DNA of 64,000 nt from Patescibacteria group bacterium (GTDB lineage: Bacteria; Patescibacteriota; Patescibacteriia; JBDRGY01). The notes under the pieces were generated by a model. It was not told where the DNA came from. It saw nothing but the letters and a program-made list of their open reading frames with translations, and did no database searches. Made by a program: the position numbers and the translations under genes. The stretch's first letter is position 1, and each line of letters opens with the position of its first letter. Positions 37,970 through 46,598 of this stretch are shown piece after piece. The stretch spans positions 797 through 64,796 of the forward strand of contig JBDRGY010000004.1 in the NCBI GenBank assembly GCA_043817315.1, written 5' to 3'.

Positions 37970-39217
37970 ATGAATAAAATTGCCACCCCAACCCTCCAAC
38001 GTTTGCTGGCCTCCCACGGGCTACAAGCAGCCGGCAAAACATTCGTAGATATCTTTATGGGTATTTACATTTGGAAACTGACAGAGGACCTGACACTGGT
38101 TGCTCTGTTTTTTTTACCTTTTGTTATTGTCCATACTATCTCCTTTACCCTGTTTGCCAATCCCGTCAAGAGGGGACACATCCATGTACCTCGCCGCATC
38201 GGTTTACTGGGGGTGATGTCAATTGTGGTTATTGTTGCCTTCTTGGGAGAAAGATCGATTGACTACCTTATGCCAATTGCCATAGGATACGGCCTTTTTA
38301 ACGGCATGTATTGGATCAGCTATCACGTTTTAAGATTTGATCTGACCAGGCCAGCCAACAGGGGTAATTACATTGGCATGGAAAAGGCAATTAAGAGGAT
38401 AGTTGGCGTAGTGATGCCGGCTCTGGGCGGTTCTTTAATAGCTCTCAACTTGTTTGATCTAAACTACGGAGCTGTATTTATCTTCACCGGGTTTCTCTAT
38501 TTATTATCCTTTTTCATCGGTAACGTAAAAATAAAGCACAAAAAGATGGGGGCACCACTTCATCTACGGGAAACGATTAAGGTGCTGCGGAAGAATAAAG
38601 ACATAGTTAAAGCGACGACTGCTTATATTTTTACAGGGATAAGCCGGGGCGGGGCTATGCAGAAACTAATCCCAATATTAATATTTGATATTCTAAACAG
38701 CGAATTTCAATTAGGAGGATGGCTTTCCCTTGTTTCTGTTGTATCGATTATCATGTCTGTTTTGGTCGGCAAATTTTTACATTATCGACATTACCGAAAA
38801 GCCATATCTATTGCCGGAGTGATTTTCTTTATATCAATTCTATCATTAGTAGGAGTGCCGGGATTGGTCACTTATCTAGTTTTTGCCATTGTTAAAGGAT
38901 TGGTCATATTGTATATAACAATACCGAAACAGGTTGTGAGTGATAACCTGATTCACAGCGTCGAAGACCACAATGCTCATCGAGTTGAATACATCGTGAT
39001 TAGAGAATGGTTTGGTGTCGGTCTGGGTCGGACCTTTAGTTATATCATGCTGCTATTCGCTGTAGGTGTTGGTGGCACTGAGCTAAAGATAATTTTGACA
39101 ATCATGGCCTTTGCAGCATTGGCAGAGGTTTGGTTACTGGGCTCTATCAACAAAAACTGGTATACCAAGAAAGATTGGCATGGCATCTCTTGGTCAAAAA
39201 GCGAGAACTTACAATGA
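37970..39217 (+). CDS. MFS-like polytopic membrane transporter
   Basis: About 12 TM helices. Confidence 0.5.
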   Translation: MNKIATPTLQRLLASHGLQAAGKTFVDIFMGIYIWKLTEDLTLVALFFLPFVIVHTISFTLFANPVKRGHIHVPRRIGLLGVMSIVVIVAFLGERSIDYLMPIAIGYGLFNGMYWISYHVLRFDLTRPANRGNYIGMEKAIKRIVGVVMPALGGSLIALNLFDLNYGAVFIFTGFLYLLSFFIGNVKIKHKKMGAPLHLRETIKVLRKNKDIVKATTAYIFTGISRGGAMQKLIPILIFDILNSEFQLGGWLSLVSVVSIIMSVLVGKFLHYRHYRKAISIAGVIFFISILSLVGVPGLVTYLVFAIVKGLVILYITIPKQVVSDNLIHSVEDHNAHRVEYIVIREWFGVGLGRTFSYIMLLFAVGVGGTELKIILTIMAFAALAEVWLLGSINKNWYTKKDWHGISWSKSENLQ

Positions 39218-39837
39218 AATACCTTACTGTTTACAAAAAATTTAGAAAGAATATTGCCAAATTTCCCGATAAGGAAAAGGAAAAGATTTGGCAAGCTTAT
39301 TTATACGCCAAGAAGTATCATAAAGGACAAATATGTTATCCCGGCTTTCCTTTTATCATTCATCCTATGGGTGCTGCTAATTTCTTGATGGAATTTGGGT
39401 ATTGGGAGCACGAAATGGTTATGAGTGCTTTACTGCACGACGTGGTAGAAGACACACCAGCTACATTAAAAGAGGTTAAGAAGAAATTCGGTAATCGAGT
39501 TTATCGGCTGGTTAGGGGCAATACCAGAATAAAACCAAAAAGCGAGACAACTCAATTAATTCGATTCAGAAATAAAATTGCCAAGTTCCGTAAAACAATG
39601 AAAGCCAGCAAGGAAATAAGAGCTATTAAATGCTGTGATTTGCTTTTTAACGTATCTTGGTGGCGTTACAATCCCAAAAAAAGTTGGCAGACGGATAAAT
39701 TCCCCCGACGCATAAAGGAAGCACAAGCACTATATTTACCATTGGCCCAAAAGACGGATAGGAGAATATATCTTCGAATGAAAAAAGAGTATGCTAAATT
39801 CTTAAAATGGTACGGTAAAAAACCTAAGTTTCCTTAA
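39214..39837 (+). CDS. HD-domain (p)ppGpp hydrolase-like (RelA/SpoT-family small alarmone hydrolase)
   Basis: YHKGQ...HPMGAANFLMEFG...SALLHDVVEDT = RelA/SpoT HD motif. Start at MKYLTVYKK. Confidence 0.65.
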   Translation: MKYLTVYKKFRKNIAKFPDKEKEKIWQAYLYAKKYHKGQICYPGFPFIIHPMGAANFLMEFGYWEHEMVMSALLHDVVEDTPATLKEVKKKFGNRVYRLVRGNTRIKPKSETTQLIRFRNKIAKFRKTMKASKEIRAIKCCDLLFNVSWWRYNPKKSWQTDKFPRRIKEAQALYLPLAQKTDRRIYLRMKKEYAKFLKWYGKKPKFP

Positions 39838-39839
39838 AG

Positions 39840-41048
39840 ATGACTAAAAAAGTCTGGTTTAAAAATAACAAAGGACAAAAATTGGCCGGGATTTTGCATA
39901 TCCCTAAAAAATTCCCAGGCCAGAAACCGGCTGGGGTGGTTTTGTGCCACGGGCATCATGATACCAAAGATCGCAATCATCTTAAGGAAATCGCTTCTGG
40001 TTTGACTAAAGCGGGAATGATGAGCCTGCGTTTTGATCTCAGCGGTAACGGGGAGTCGCAAGGCCAATTTAAAAAGGAAACCTACACTCAATACATCAAG
40101 GATTATAAATCAGCTGTTGATTTTATTGCCAGGCAGGGGATTAAACGTATTGGGGTGGTCGGACACAGTATGGCCGGGACAATTATTCTGGAAGAAAGAA
40201 TTTACGATCACAGAATCCATTGCATCGGATTATATAACCCGGTGACCTATCTAAAAGAAGTTCACGGAAAATCTCTCAAGGCTAAGGATTATAGAAAGTT
40301 GAAAGAGAAAGGGTATTACAGCTTTGTCAGTGTCCATGACGGAATAGAGTATTATACTTATAAACCTTTCTTCGACGATCTAAAAAACCATGATCCTTTG
40401 CAAGCAGCCAAGGCGGTGACCTGTCCGGTAATTATTTACCAGTCCACCAAAGATTCCAATATGCCGGTCAGTCACTCCAGGGATTTGTACAAAGCCCTGC
40501 TGACCGAAGTCAAGTTTCTAAAAATAATGAAAGCGGATCACAATTTCCGGCAGAAGAAGGTCCGTCAGGAATTAGTCAAAGATATTGTCTACTGGTTTTC
40601 CAAGTATCTGCACTACCGCTCTCCCGTGATCAATGCATTTGTTCAACACCAGGGTAAGCTGCTGATGCTTAAAAGGAGTGACAGAGTTGGCACTCATCAA
40701 GGCATGTGGGATTGTGTTGGTGGTTATCTGATGAGCGATCTGGCCAGAGACGGAGAATTGAAAATAAAAGAAGATCCCAAAACCAGAGCGATTTATGAGA
40801 TAGGGGAGGAGCTGGGCATTGCCCGGAAAGATTTGAAGCTTATCAAAGAAGTTAAACCGGTAGAGTGGTACGATCAACCGGAAGACAAAACTTGGTATAT
40901 CTATCCTTTTCTTTTTGAGTCTAAAACTGAACAAATAAAACTGGATTGGGAACACACTAATTATAAATGGATAACACTCCAGCAATTAAAAAAGTTTAGA
41001 CACATCAAGGGATTAGATATTAATTTAAAAAAGTTAATTAAAAAATAG
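39840..41048 (+). CDS. fusion protein: alpha/beta hydrolase (dienelactone-hydrolase-like) + C-terminal NUDIX domain
   Basis: GHSMAG nucleophile elbow in the N-terminal half. C-terminal GGYL...RAIYEIGEELGI Nudix-box-like. Confidence 0.6.
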   Translation: MTKKVWFKNNKGQKLAGILHIPKKFPGQKPAGVVLCHGHHDTKDRNHLKEIASGLTKAGMMSLRFDLSGNGESQGQFKKETYTQYIKDYKSAVDFIARQGIKRIGVVGHSMAGTIILEERIYDHRIHCIGLYNPVTYLKEVHGKSLKAKDYRKLKEKGYYSFVSVHDGIEYYTYKPFFDDLKNHDPLQAAKAVTCPVIIYQSTKDSNMPVSHSRDLYKALLTEVKFLKIMKADHNFRQKKVRQELVKDIVYWFSKYLHYRSPVINAFVQHQGKLLMLKRSDRVGTHQGMWDCVGGYLMSDLARDGELKIKEDPKTRAIYEIGEELGIARKDLKLIKEVKPVEWYDQPEDKTWYIYPFLFESKTEQIKLDWEHTNYKWITLQQLKKFRHIKGLDINLKKLIKK

Positions 41049-41068
41049 AAAAGTTTCATAAAAAAGTC

Positions 41069-41097
41069 TTGATAAAAGATTTTTTTTATTCTATAAT
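41069..41097 (+). promoter_or_regulatory. sigma70-type promoter (TTGATA-17-TATAAT) in an extremely AT-rich spacer upstream of the ATP-grasp gene
   Basis: TTGATA 41069-41074 and TATAAT 41092-41097. TTATCCACA at 41111-41119. Confidence 0.5.
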
Positions 41098-41253
41098 ATA
41101 GGCGTAATAGTTATCCACAATAAATTTTTTATATTTTTTCTTTATAACTTTTTTAAAAGAGTGCTAAAAAAAATAGAGGAGGGGATTAATATTTTTTCGA
41201 AGAGAATAATTTTGTAAACAAAAAACTACAAAAATAGTTTTTAAATTATTTTA

Positions 41254-42429
41254 ATGGCCAACAATAACCAAAATAACGGTCAAAACAACCAAGAAACATA
41301 TCAAAACGGCAACGGTAACCGTATGGTAGAAAGGCTTAGAAAGCGCAAAAAAGCCCAAAAGATTGATAAAATCGTCAAAGTTGCCGAATCCGAGATAAAA
41401 TCACTGCATATCGGTGTTTTATGCAACGTTTTTGAGCCCAAAGGCAAGAAAAATTTGGTGGAACAGGATTTAACCAAAATAGGCAAAGGCATTCAAAAAG
41501 CTTTAGAAAAGAACGGTCACAAAGTGACCTTTTTTGATATGAATCATAATCCTTTACCGATCAGAAAATTACAAAAAGCCGAAGTTGATATGATGTTTAA
41601 TGTTTGTGAAAGGGTAAATGAAAGTTCCCTACTGGAACCTCATGCAGCTTCTTTGTTGGATATCTTTGAAGTTCCTTACACCGGCTCCAATCCGCAAACT
41701 CTGGCTTTGTGCATTGATAAGATTAGAGTAAAAAAATTATTAAACTATCACGGCGTCCCTACACCTAACTACGATTATATCTATAATGTAGATGATAGAA
41801 TCAGGGGCGACCTAAAATTTCCTCTAATAGTTAAGCCAGCCAATACCGACAACAGTATTGGCATCACCAATGATTCTGTAGTTACCAACTGGGAGCAGCT
41901 AAAGAAACAAACAGAGTATGTTATCCGAAGGATAAAACGACCAGCCTTGATCGAAGAGTTTATTGATGGAGATGAAATAGATGTTTCCATTATTGGTAAT
42001 GATAAAGAGTTGACGGTGCTGCCGATGACCAAATGGGATTTTAGCAAACTGCCGGGAAATCTATGGCACATCTTTCCCTTTGAAGCCAAGTGGGAAGAAG
42101 AAGATTCTCCATACTATAATATCGAAGCAGAACGTCCAGCCAAGATTGGGAAAAGGTTGGAGGATACTATTAAGAAAATTGCTACAGACACCTACAACAT
42201 TCTGGACTGCCATGATTACGGTAGGGTAGAGATTAGGGTAGACAAGGAAGGCAATCCCTATGTTTTGGAATTAAACCCCAACCCTTCAATTGGTGAAGAG
42301 GACTGTGTACCGGGAGCCGCCGAATTGATCGGAATGGATTACCCAACTTTTATTGAGACTGTTGTTAAGTTAGCCATTCGTCGTTACCAAAAACATCCTC
42401 CCTATTATCATCTACAATCAACTGTCTGA
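41254..42429 (+). CDS. ATP-grasp enzyme (D-Ala-D-Ala ligase-like fold) with N/Q-rich N-terminal tail
   Basis: Pre-ATP-grasp and ATP-grasp layout. ...FPLIVKPANTDNSIGIT... Confidence 0.6.
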   Translation: MANNNQNNGQNNQETYQNGNGNRMVERLRKRKKAQKIDKIVKVAESEIKSLHIGVLCNVFEPKGKKNLVEQDLTKIGKGIQKALEKNGHKVTFFDMNHNPLPIRKLQKAEVDMMFNVCERVNESSLLEPHAASLLDIFEVPYTGSNPQTLALCIDKIRVKKLLNYHGVPTPNYDYIYNVDDRIRGDLKFPLIVKPANTDNSIGITNDSVVTNWEQLKKQTEYVIRRIKRPALIEEFIDGDEIDVSIIGNDKELTVLPMTKWDFSKLPGNLWHIFPFEAKWEEEDSPYYNIEAERPAKIGKRLEDTIKKIATDTYNILDCHDYGRVEIRVDKEGNPYVLELNPNPSIGEEDCVPGAAELIGMDYPTFIETVVKLAIRRYQKHPPYYHLQSTV

Positions 42430-42431
42430 TT

Positions 42432-42833
42432 ATGTACTTGTTTATTAATACCGCAGAACAAAATAGAATTACTGTCGGCCTGATAGAGTCCGATTTTTTA
42501 TTTGATAAGATAATCGAGCCATGCCAGTGGCAGGAGTCGGAGAAGCTGGTGCCCCTGATTAACAGAGTTATAAAAAAGAACAAGCTCACTTTAAAAAAAT
42601 TAAAAGGGATTATTGTGGTCAAAGGGCCAGGCGGTTTTACTTCTTTGAGAATTGGTGTTATCACAGCCAACACCTTAAGCTATTCATTGAAGATACCGGT
42701 GGTGGGTGTCCGCTTGGGCCAGGGGATGATAAAGCAGGGGATAAAAAGGATTAAGAAGCTTAGATCATTCAGAATAATCGAACCCCATTACGGCAGACCG
42801 CCCAATATTACCAAGCCTAAGAAGAATAAATAA
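42432..42833 (+). CDS. tsaB: TsaB/YeaZ-like protein (short form)
   Basis: ITVGLIESD...VVKGPGGFTSLRIGVITANTLSYSLKIPVVGV matches the TsaB N-domain. Only 133 aa. Confidence 0.55.
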   Translation: MYLFINTAEQNRITVGLIESDFLFDKIIEPCQWQESEKLVPLINRVIKKNKLTLKKLKGIIVVKGPGGFTSLRIGVITANTLSYSLKIPVVGVRLGQGMIKQGIKRIKKLRSFRIIEPHYGRPPNITKPKKNK

Positions 42834-42854
42834 TAGTTAATAAGTAAGCAATCG

Positions 42855-42884
42855 CAGGGTAATAATTTTCCCTGTTTTTTATTT
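42855..42884 (+). terminator. rho-independent terminator
   Basis: CAGGG-taataatttt-CCCTG followed by TTTTTTATTT. Confidence 0.6.
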
Positions 42885-42921
42885 GACAAATAGTCCAATA
42901 AATATTGTAAACATAAAAAGT

Positions 42922-43020
42922 GTTGACTTGTGCATTAAAGTGGTGTAAAATGTAAGTACTGTGGTGAAAAGTGGATAAATGTGGGGATAAGTCAGAAATC
43001 TGTGGATAACCACTATAATT
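42922..43020 (+). promoter_or_regulatory. mra promoter (TTGACT-17-TAAAAT) with downstream GTGG direct repeats at 10-bp periodicity (putative MraZ operator)
   Basis: GTGG at 42941, 42961, 42971, 42981 and 43002. TGTGGATAA (DnaA-box-like) at 43001-43009. TATAAT at 43014. Confidence 0.5.
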
Positions 43021-43038
43021 TATTAAAACTCAATACCC

Positions 43039-43470
43039 GTGTTCATAGGAGAATATCATCATAATATTGATCAGAAAGGCCGTTTGGCTGTACCAGTTAA
43101 GTTTCGAGCTGCCTTGAAGCAGGGAGCTGTAGTTACCAGAGGATTGGACAACTGCTTGTTTCTTTACACTAAAGTAGAGTGGAAAAAATTGGCGGATAAA
43201 TTGGCAGCTCTGCCCATTTCCAAGGCCAACACCCGTGCCTTTGCCCGATTAATGTTAGCTGGCGCTATGGATGTACGAGTTGACGGACAAGGAAGGGTGA
43301 TCCTACCGGATTACTTAAGAGACTATGCCACTATAAAAAAGAGAGTAGTTGTAACCGGTTTATACAATCGATTGGAAATCTGGGACAAGACTGTTTGGGA
43401 CAAATATAAAGCTAACACTGAAAGGGATTCCACCGATATTGCAGAAGCTTTGGGCGAAATTGGCGTTTAG
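43039..43470 (+). CDS. mraZ: transcriptional regulator MraZ
   Basis: MFIGEYHHNIDQKGRLAVPVKFR and second DxxGR repeat. Confidence 0.9.
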   Translation: MFIGEYHHNIDQKGRLAVPVKFRAALKQGAVVTRGLDNCLFLYTKVEWKKLADKLAALPISKANTRAFARLMLAGAMDVRVDGQGRVILPDYLRDYATIKKRVVVTGLYNRLEIWDKTVWDKYKANTERDSTDIAEALGEIGV

Positions 43471-43471
43471 T

Positions 43472-44413
43472 ATGCCAAGGACAAAACATATCCCGGTTCT
43501 ATCAAAAGAGGTTCTTCAATATTTAGACCCCCAGCCAAATCAAAACTTTATTGATTTAACTTTAGGGGGAGCCGGCCACACGGTGGCCATCTTGGAGGAA
43601 ACCGGTCCTGAAGGAAAAATGTTAGGAGTCGATTGGGACCGATTGGCTCTATCAGAAGCCAAGCAAAATTTGAAACGCTTTCCTACCAAGAGATATCATT
43701 TAGTATCAGACAATTTTGTTAACTTAGAAAAAGTAGTCAATGAATATCCCGATATACATCCGATTAGCGGTATTTTACTCGACCTGGGCTTATCTAGCCT
43801 TGCAATCGAGGATGGATCTAGAGGATTTTCTTTTCTAAAAGACGGCCCCCTAGACATGAGATTTTCTGGTGAGGGAGAAACTGCAGCCGATCTTTTAAAC
43901 AAATTATCAGCTAAAAATTTGCGCGATATACTCTGGGAGTACGGCGATGAGAAATATGCCTCTGAAATCACAAAACAAATTTTAACAACAAGGCAAAAAC
44001 AAAAATTTTTGAAAACTCATCATCTAACTTCCGCCGTACTCCAAGTATATCGTCATAAACCAAAGCCAAAAAAAATTCACCCGGCCACCAAGACTTTTCA
44101 GGCATTGCGCATTGCCGTCAATAAAGAACTTTCTAATTTATCCGAAGTATTACCCCAAGCAGTTTCTTTGATAGCGAAAGGGGGGAAGCTGGCTGTCATT
44201 TCTTTTCACTCCAAAGAAGACAGTATAGTCAAGAATTATTTCCGTAATCAGGCTAAAGAATGTCTCTGCCCGCCCCAATTCCCGGTCTGTAGGTGTGATC
44301 ATCAAAAGAAGCTCAAGATCGTTACCAAAAAACCAATTTCTCCCAGTCAAAAAGAAATTTATAATAATCCGCGATCTCGTAGCGCTAAATTACGGGTCGC
44401 TCAAAAAATATAA
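43472..44413 (+). CDS. rsmH: 16S rRNA m4C1402 methyltransferase
   Basis: HIPVL...FIDLTLGGAGHT...DLGLSS. Confidence 0.9.
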   Translation: MPRTKHIPVLSKEVLQYLDPQPNQNFIDLTLGGAGHTVAILEETGPEGKMLGVDWDRLALSEAKQNLKRFPTKRYHLVSDNFVNLEKVVNEYPDIHPISGILLDLGLSSLAIEDGSRGFSFLKDGPLDMRFSGEGETAADLLNKLSAKNLRDILWEYGDEKYASEITKQILTTRQKQKFLKTHHLTSAVLQVYRHKPKPKKIHPATKTFQALRIAVNKELSNLSEVLPQAVSLIAKGGKLAVISFHSKEDSIVKNYFRNQAKECLCPPQFPVCRCDHQKKLKIVTKKPISPSQKEIYNNPRSRSAKLRVAQKI

Positions 44414-44418
44414 AAAAA

Positions 44419-44781
44419 ATGTCCAAATTCATACTTTTCTCCAGATTCAACAAAAAACACATTCGTCCTCAAATGAACGGGAAACAAAAAAAGTTTTCTG
44501 TTAACGCCAATATGCTACGATTGATGATAGTATCTACTGTACTGGCCTTGGGCATTTTTTATCTGGTTGAAACAAACCAAGTTTCCACACGAGGTTTTGA
44601 ACTAAGAAACCTGCAGGATAAAGTTGATGAATTGAATGTTCAGAATGAAAAGCTGGAGGTAGAGGCGGCTGAGATGAAATCTATGCAGCGAATCGAAGAA
44701 TTAAGCCAAGAATTAAATCTAATTTCCGGTGGCCCGGTACTGTATCTTAATACAGCTAGCGCAGAAGTGGCCGCCAAATAA
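44419..44781 (+). CDS. ftsL: cell division protein FtsL-like
   Basis: Single TM and coiled coil. Position between rsmH and ftsI. Confidence 0.55.
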   Translation: MSKFILFSRFNKKHIRPQMNGKQKKFSVNANMLRLMIVSTVLALGIFYLVETNQVSTRGFELRNLQDKVDELNVQNEKLEVEAAEMKSMQRIEELSQELNLISGGPVLYLNTASAEVAAK

Positions 44782-44836
44782 CATAAAAATAAAAAGTTAA
44801 GAGTTCGTTTCTCTTAACTTTATATTTTGAAATCCT

Positions 44837-46588
44837 ATGGTGTCTAAAAAGCAAAAAAAGAAAATTGGACCAGACCGCGTCTACTTGCTTGCCATAGCTA
44901 TTTTTATTTTTGCCGGCTTTGCCATCTTCAGGCTTTTTGATTTACAAATTTTACGAAATCACTATTACGAAGCCTTGGCTTCCGGCCAGCACGAAATTTC
45001 GGAAAAGTTGATGGCCGAAAGAGGGGAGATATATGTGCGGGAGAGGAATTCTGATGAGTTGTTTCCCATTGCCCAAAACCAAGAACTGAATTTAGTCTTT
45101 AGCATCCCCAGAAAGATAAAAAATCCCAAGGAGGTCCTGGACAAGATAACCCCTGTTTTGGAAATTACCGAGGAAGAGGTTCCTACCATGATGGAGAGGT
45201 TATCCAAGGAAGGTGATCTTTATGAACCGCTACGGCACCTGGTTAGCGATCAAAAAGTTGCTGAGCTGGAGAAATTGGAGATAGAAGGAATTGATTGGAT
45301 GCCGGAGACCAATCGCTATTATCCGGAAAAAAATATTTACTCACATATTACCGGTTTCTGGGGATACCTCAATGACCAAAGAGTGGGCCAATATGGCCTG
45401 GAGGGTTATTTAGATGAACAGCTTTGCGGCAAGACGGGCAGCATCATAGCCGAGAAAGATGCTGGCGGGCGTTTTATTACCATCGGTCAGAAGTTCTTAG
45501 AAGAAGCTCAAGACGGTGATGACTTTGTCTTAACGATTGATCGAACGATTCAATACAACACTTGTTCCAAATTAAAAGAAGCAACTATGAAACACGGAGC
45601 TGATAAGGGTAGTGTTATAGTGCTAGACCCCAAAACCGGAGCCATCTTGGCTATGTGTAATTACCCGGATTACGACCCTAATGATTATAGCGCCACCGAG
45701 GACATTGAAGCTTTTAAAAATACCGCTCTTTACGATATGTGGGAGCCGGGCTCTGTCTTCAAATCGATCACTATGGCTGCTGGCTTGGATCTGGGATTAG
45801 TCAGCCCGGGCACTACTTACGTGGATACCGGTGAATTAAAATATGGTAAATACACTATCAAGAATTCCGACGGCAAGGCCTATGGTACCCAAACCATGAC
45901 CAATGTACTGGAAGAATCTCTTAATACCGGCGCTGTTTTTGTAGCAGAACATGTAGGCAATGAAAGATTTTATAACTACGTCAGGGACTTCGGTTTTGGT
46001 GAGAGGATCGGCTTACCGCTGGAAAGTGAAAGTGTCGGAGACTTAAGCACCATTGCCAAGCTCAGAGATATCTACACGGCCACCGCTTCCTACGGACAGG
46101 GAATTACCGTTACCCCGATCCAATTAATAATGGCTTATTCAGCCATTGCCAATGATGGCCTAATGATGAGGCCATTTATAATTGACGAAATAGTTAAGAA
46201 CAACGGTACCACCGTCAAGTCTACTCCCGAGGAAATGCGTCAGGTGATATCGGCCGAAGCGGCTAATACCCTGTCGGCCATGCTGGTTTCTGTCTTGGAA
46301 AACGGACATGCTCAGAGGGCTTTGGTGCCGGGCTATTTTATGGCCGGAAAAACGGGGACCGCTCAAGTTGCCAGAAGCAGCGGAGCCGGTTACGAATCAG
46401 GTTTGCACAAGGATACCTTTGTAGGATTCGGACCGATTTCCGATCCCCAATTTGTGGTTTTAACCAAACTTGATAATCCCAAAGACGTTCCTTGGGCAGC
46501 CAGCTCAGCGGCCCCCTTGTTTGGTGAGATTGCTCAATTTCTGGTAAACTACTATCAGATCCCCCCGGAGCGTACTATCGATCGATAA
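44837..46588 (+). CDS. ftsI: penicillin-binding protein (FtsI/PBP2-type transpeptidase)
   Basis: SVFK (SxxK), SLNTG (SxN), KTGTAQ (KTG). Confidence 0.85.
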   Translation: MVSKKQKKKIGPDRVYLLAIAIFIFAGFAIFRLFDLQILRNHYYEALASGQHEISEKLMAERGEIYVRERNSDELFPIAQNQELNLVFSIPRKIKNPKEVLDKITPVLEITEEEVPTMMERLSKEGDLYEPLRHLVSDQKVAELEKLEIEGIDWMPETNRYYPEKNIYSHITGFWGYLNDQRVGQYGLEGYLDEQLCGKTGSIIAEKDAGGRFITIGQKFLEEAQDGDDFVLTIDRTIQYNTCSKLKEATMKHGADKGSVIVLDPKTGAILAMCNYPDYDPNDYSATEDIEAFKNTALYDMWEPGSVFKSITMAAGLDLGLVSPGTTYVDTGELKYGKYTIKNSDGKAYGTQTMTNVLEESLNTGAVFVAEHVGNERFYNYVRDFGFGERIGLPLESESVGDLSTIAKLRDIYTATASYGQGITVTPIQLIMAYSAIANDGLMMRPFIIDEIVKNNGTTVKSTPEEMRQVISAEAANTLSAMLVSVLENGHAQRALVPGYFMAGKTGTAQVARSSGAGYESGLHKDTFVGFGPISDPQFVVLTKLDNPKDVPWAASSAAPLFGEIAQFLVNYYQIPPERTIDR

Positions 46589-46598
46589 ATTATCAATA

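Noticed and set aside
42940-43020. Chromosomal origin (oriC) based on clustered DnaA-box-like sequences
   Set aside because: No dnaA, dnaN or AT-rich unwinding element is adjacent. The repeats have 10-bp GTGG periodicity immediately upstream of mraZ, which fits an MraZ operator better.
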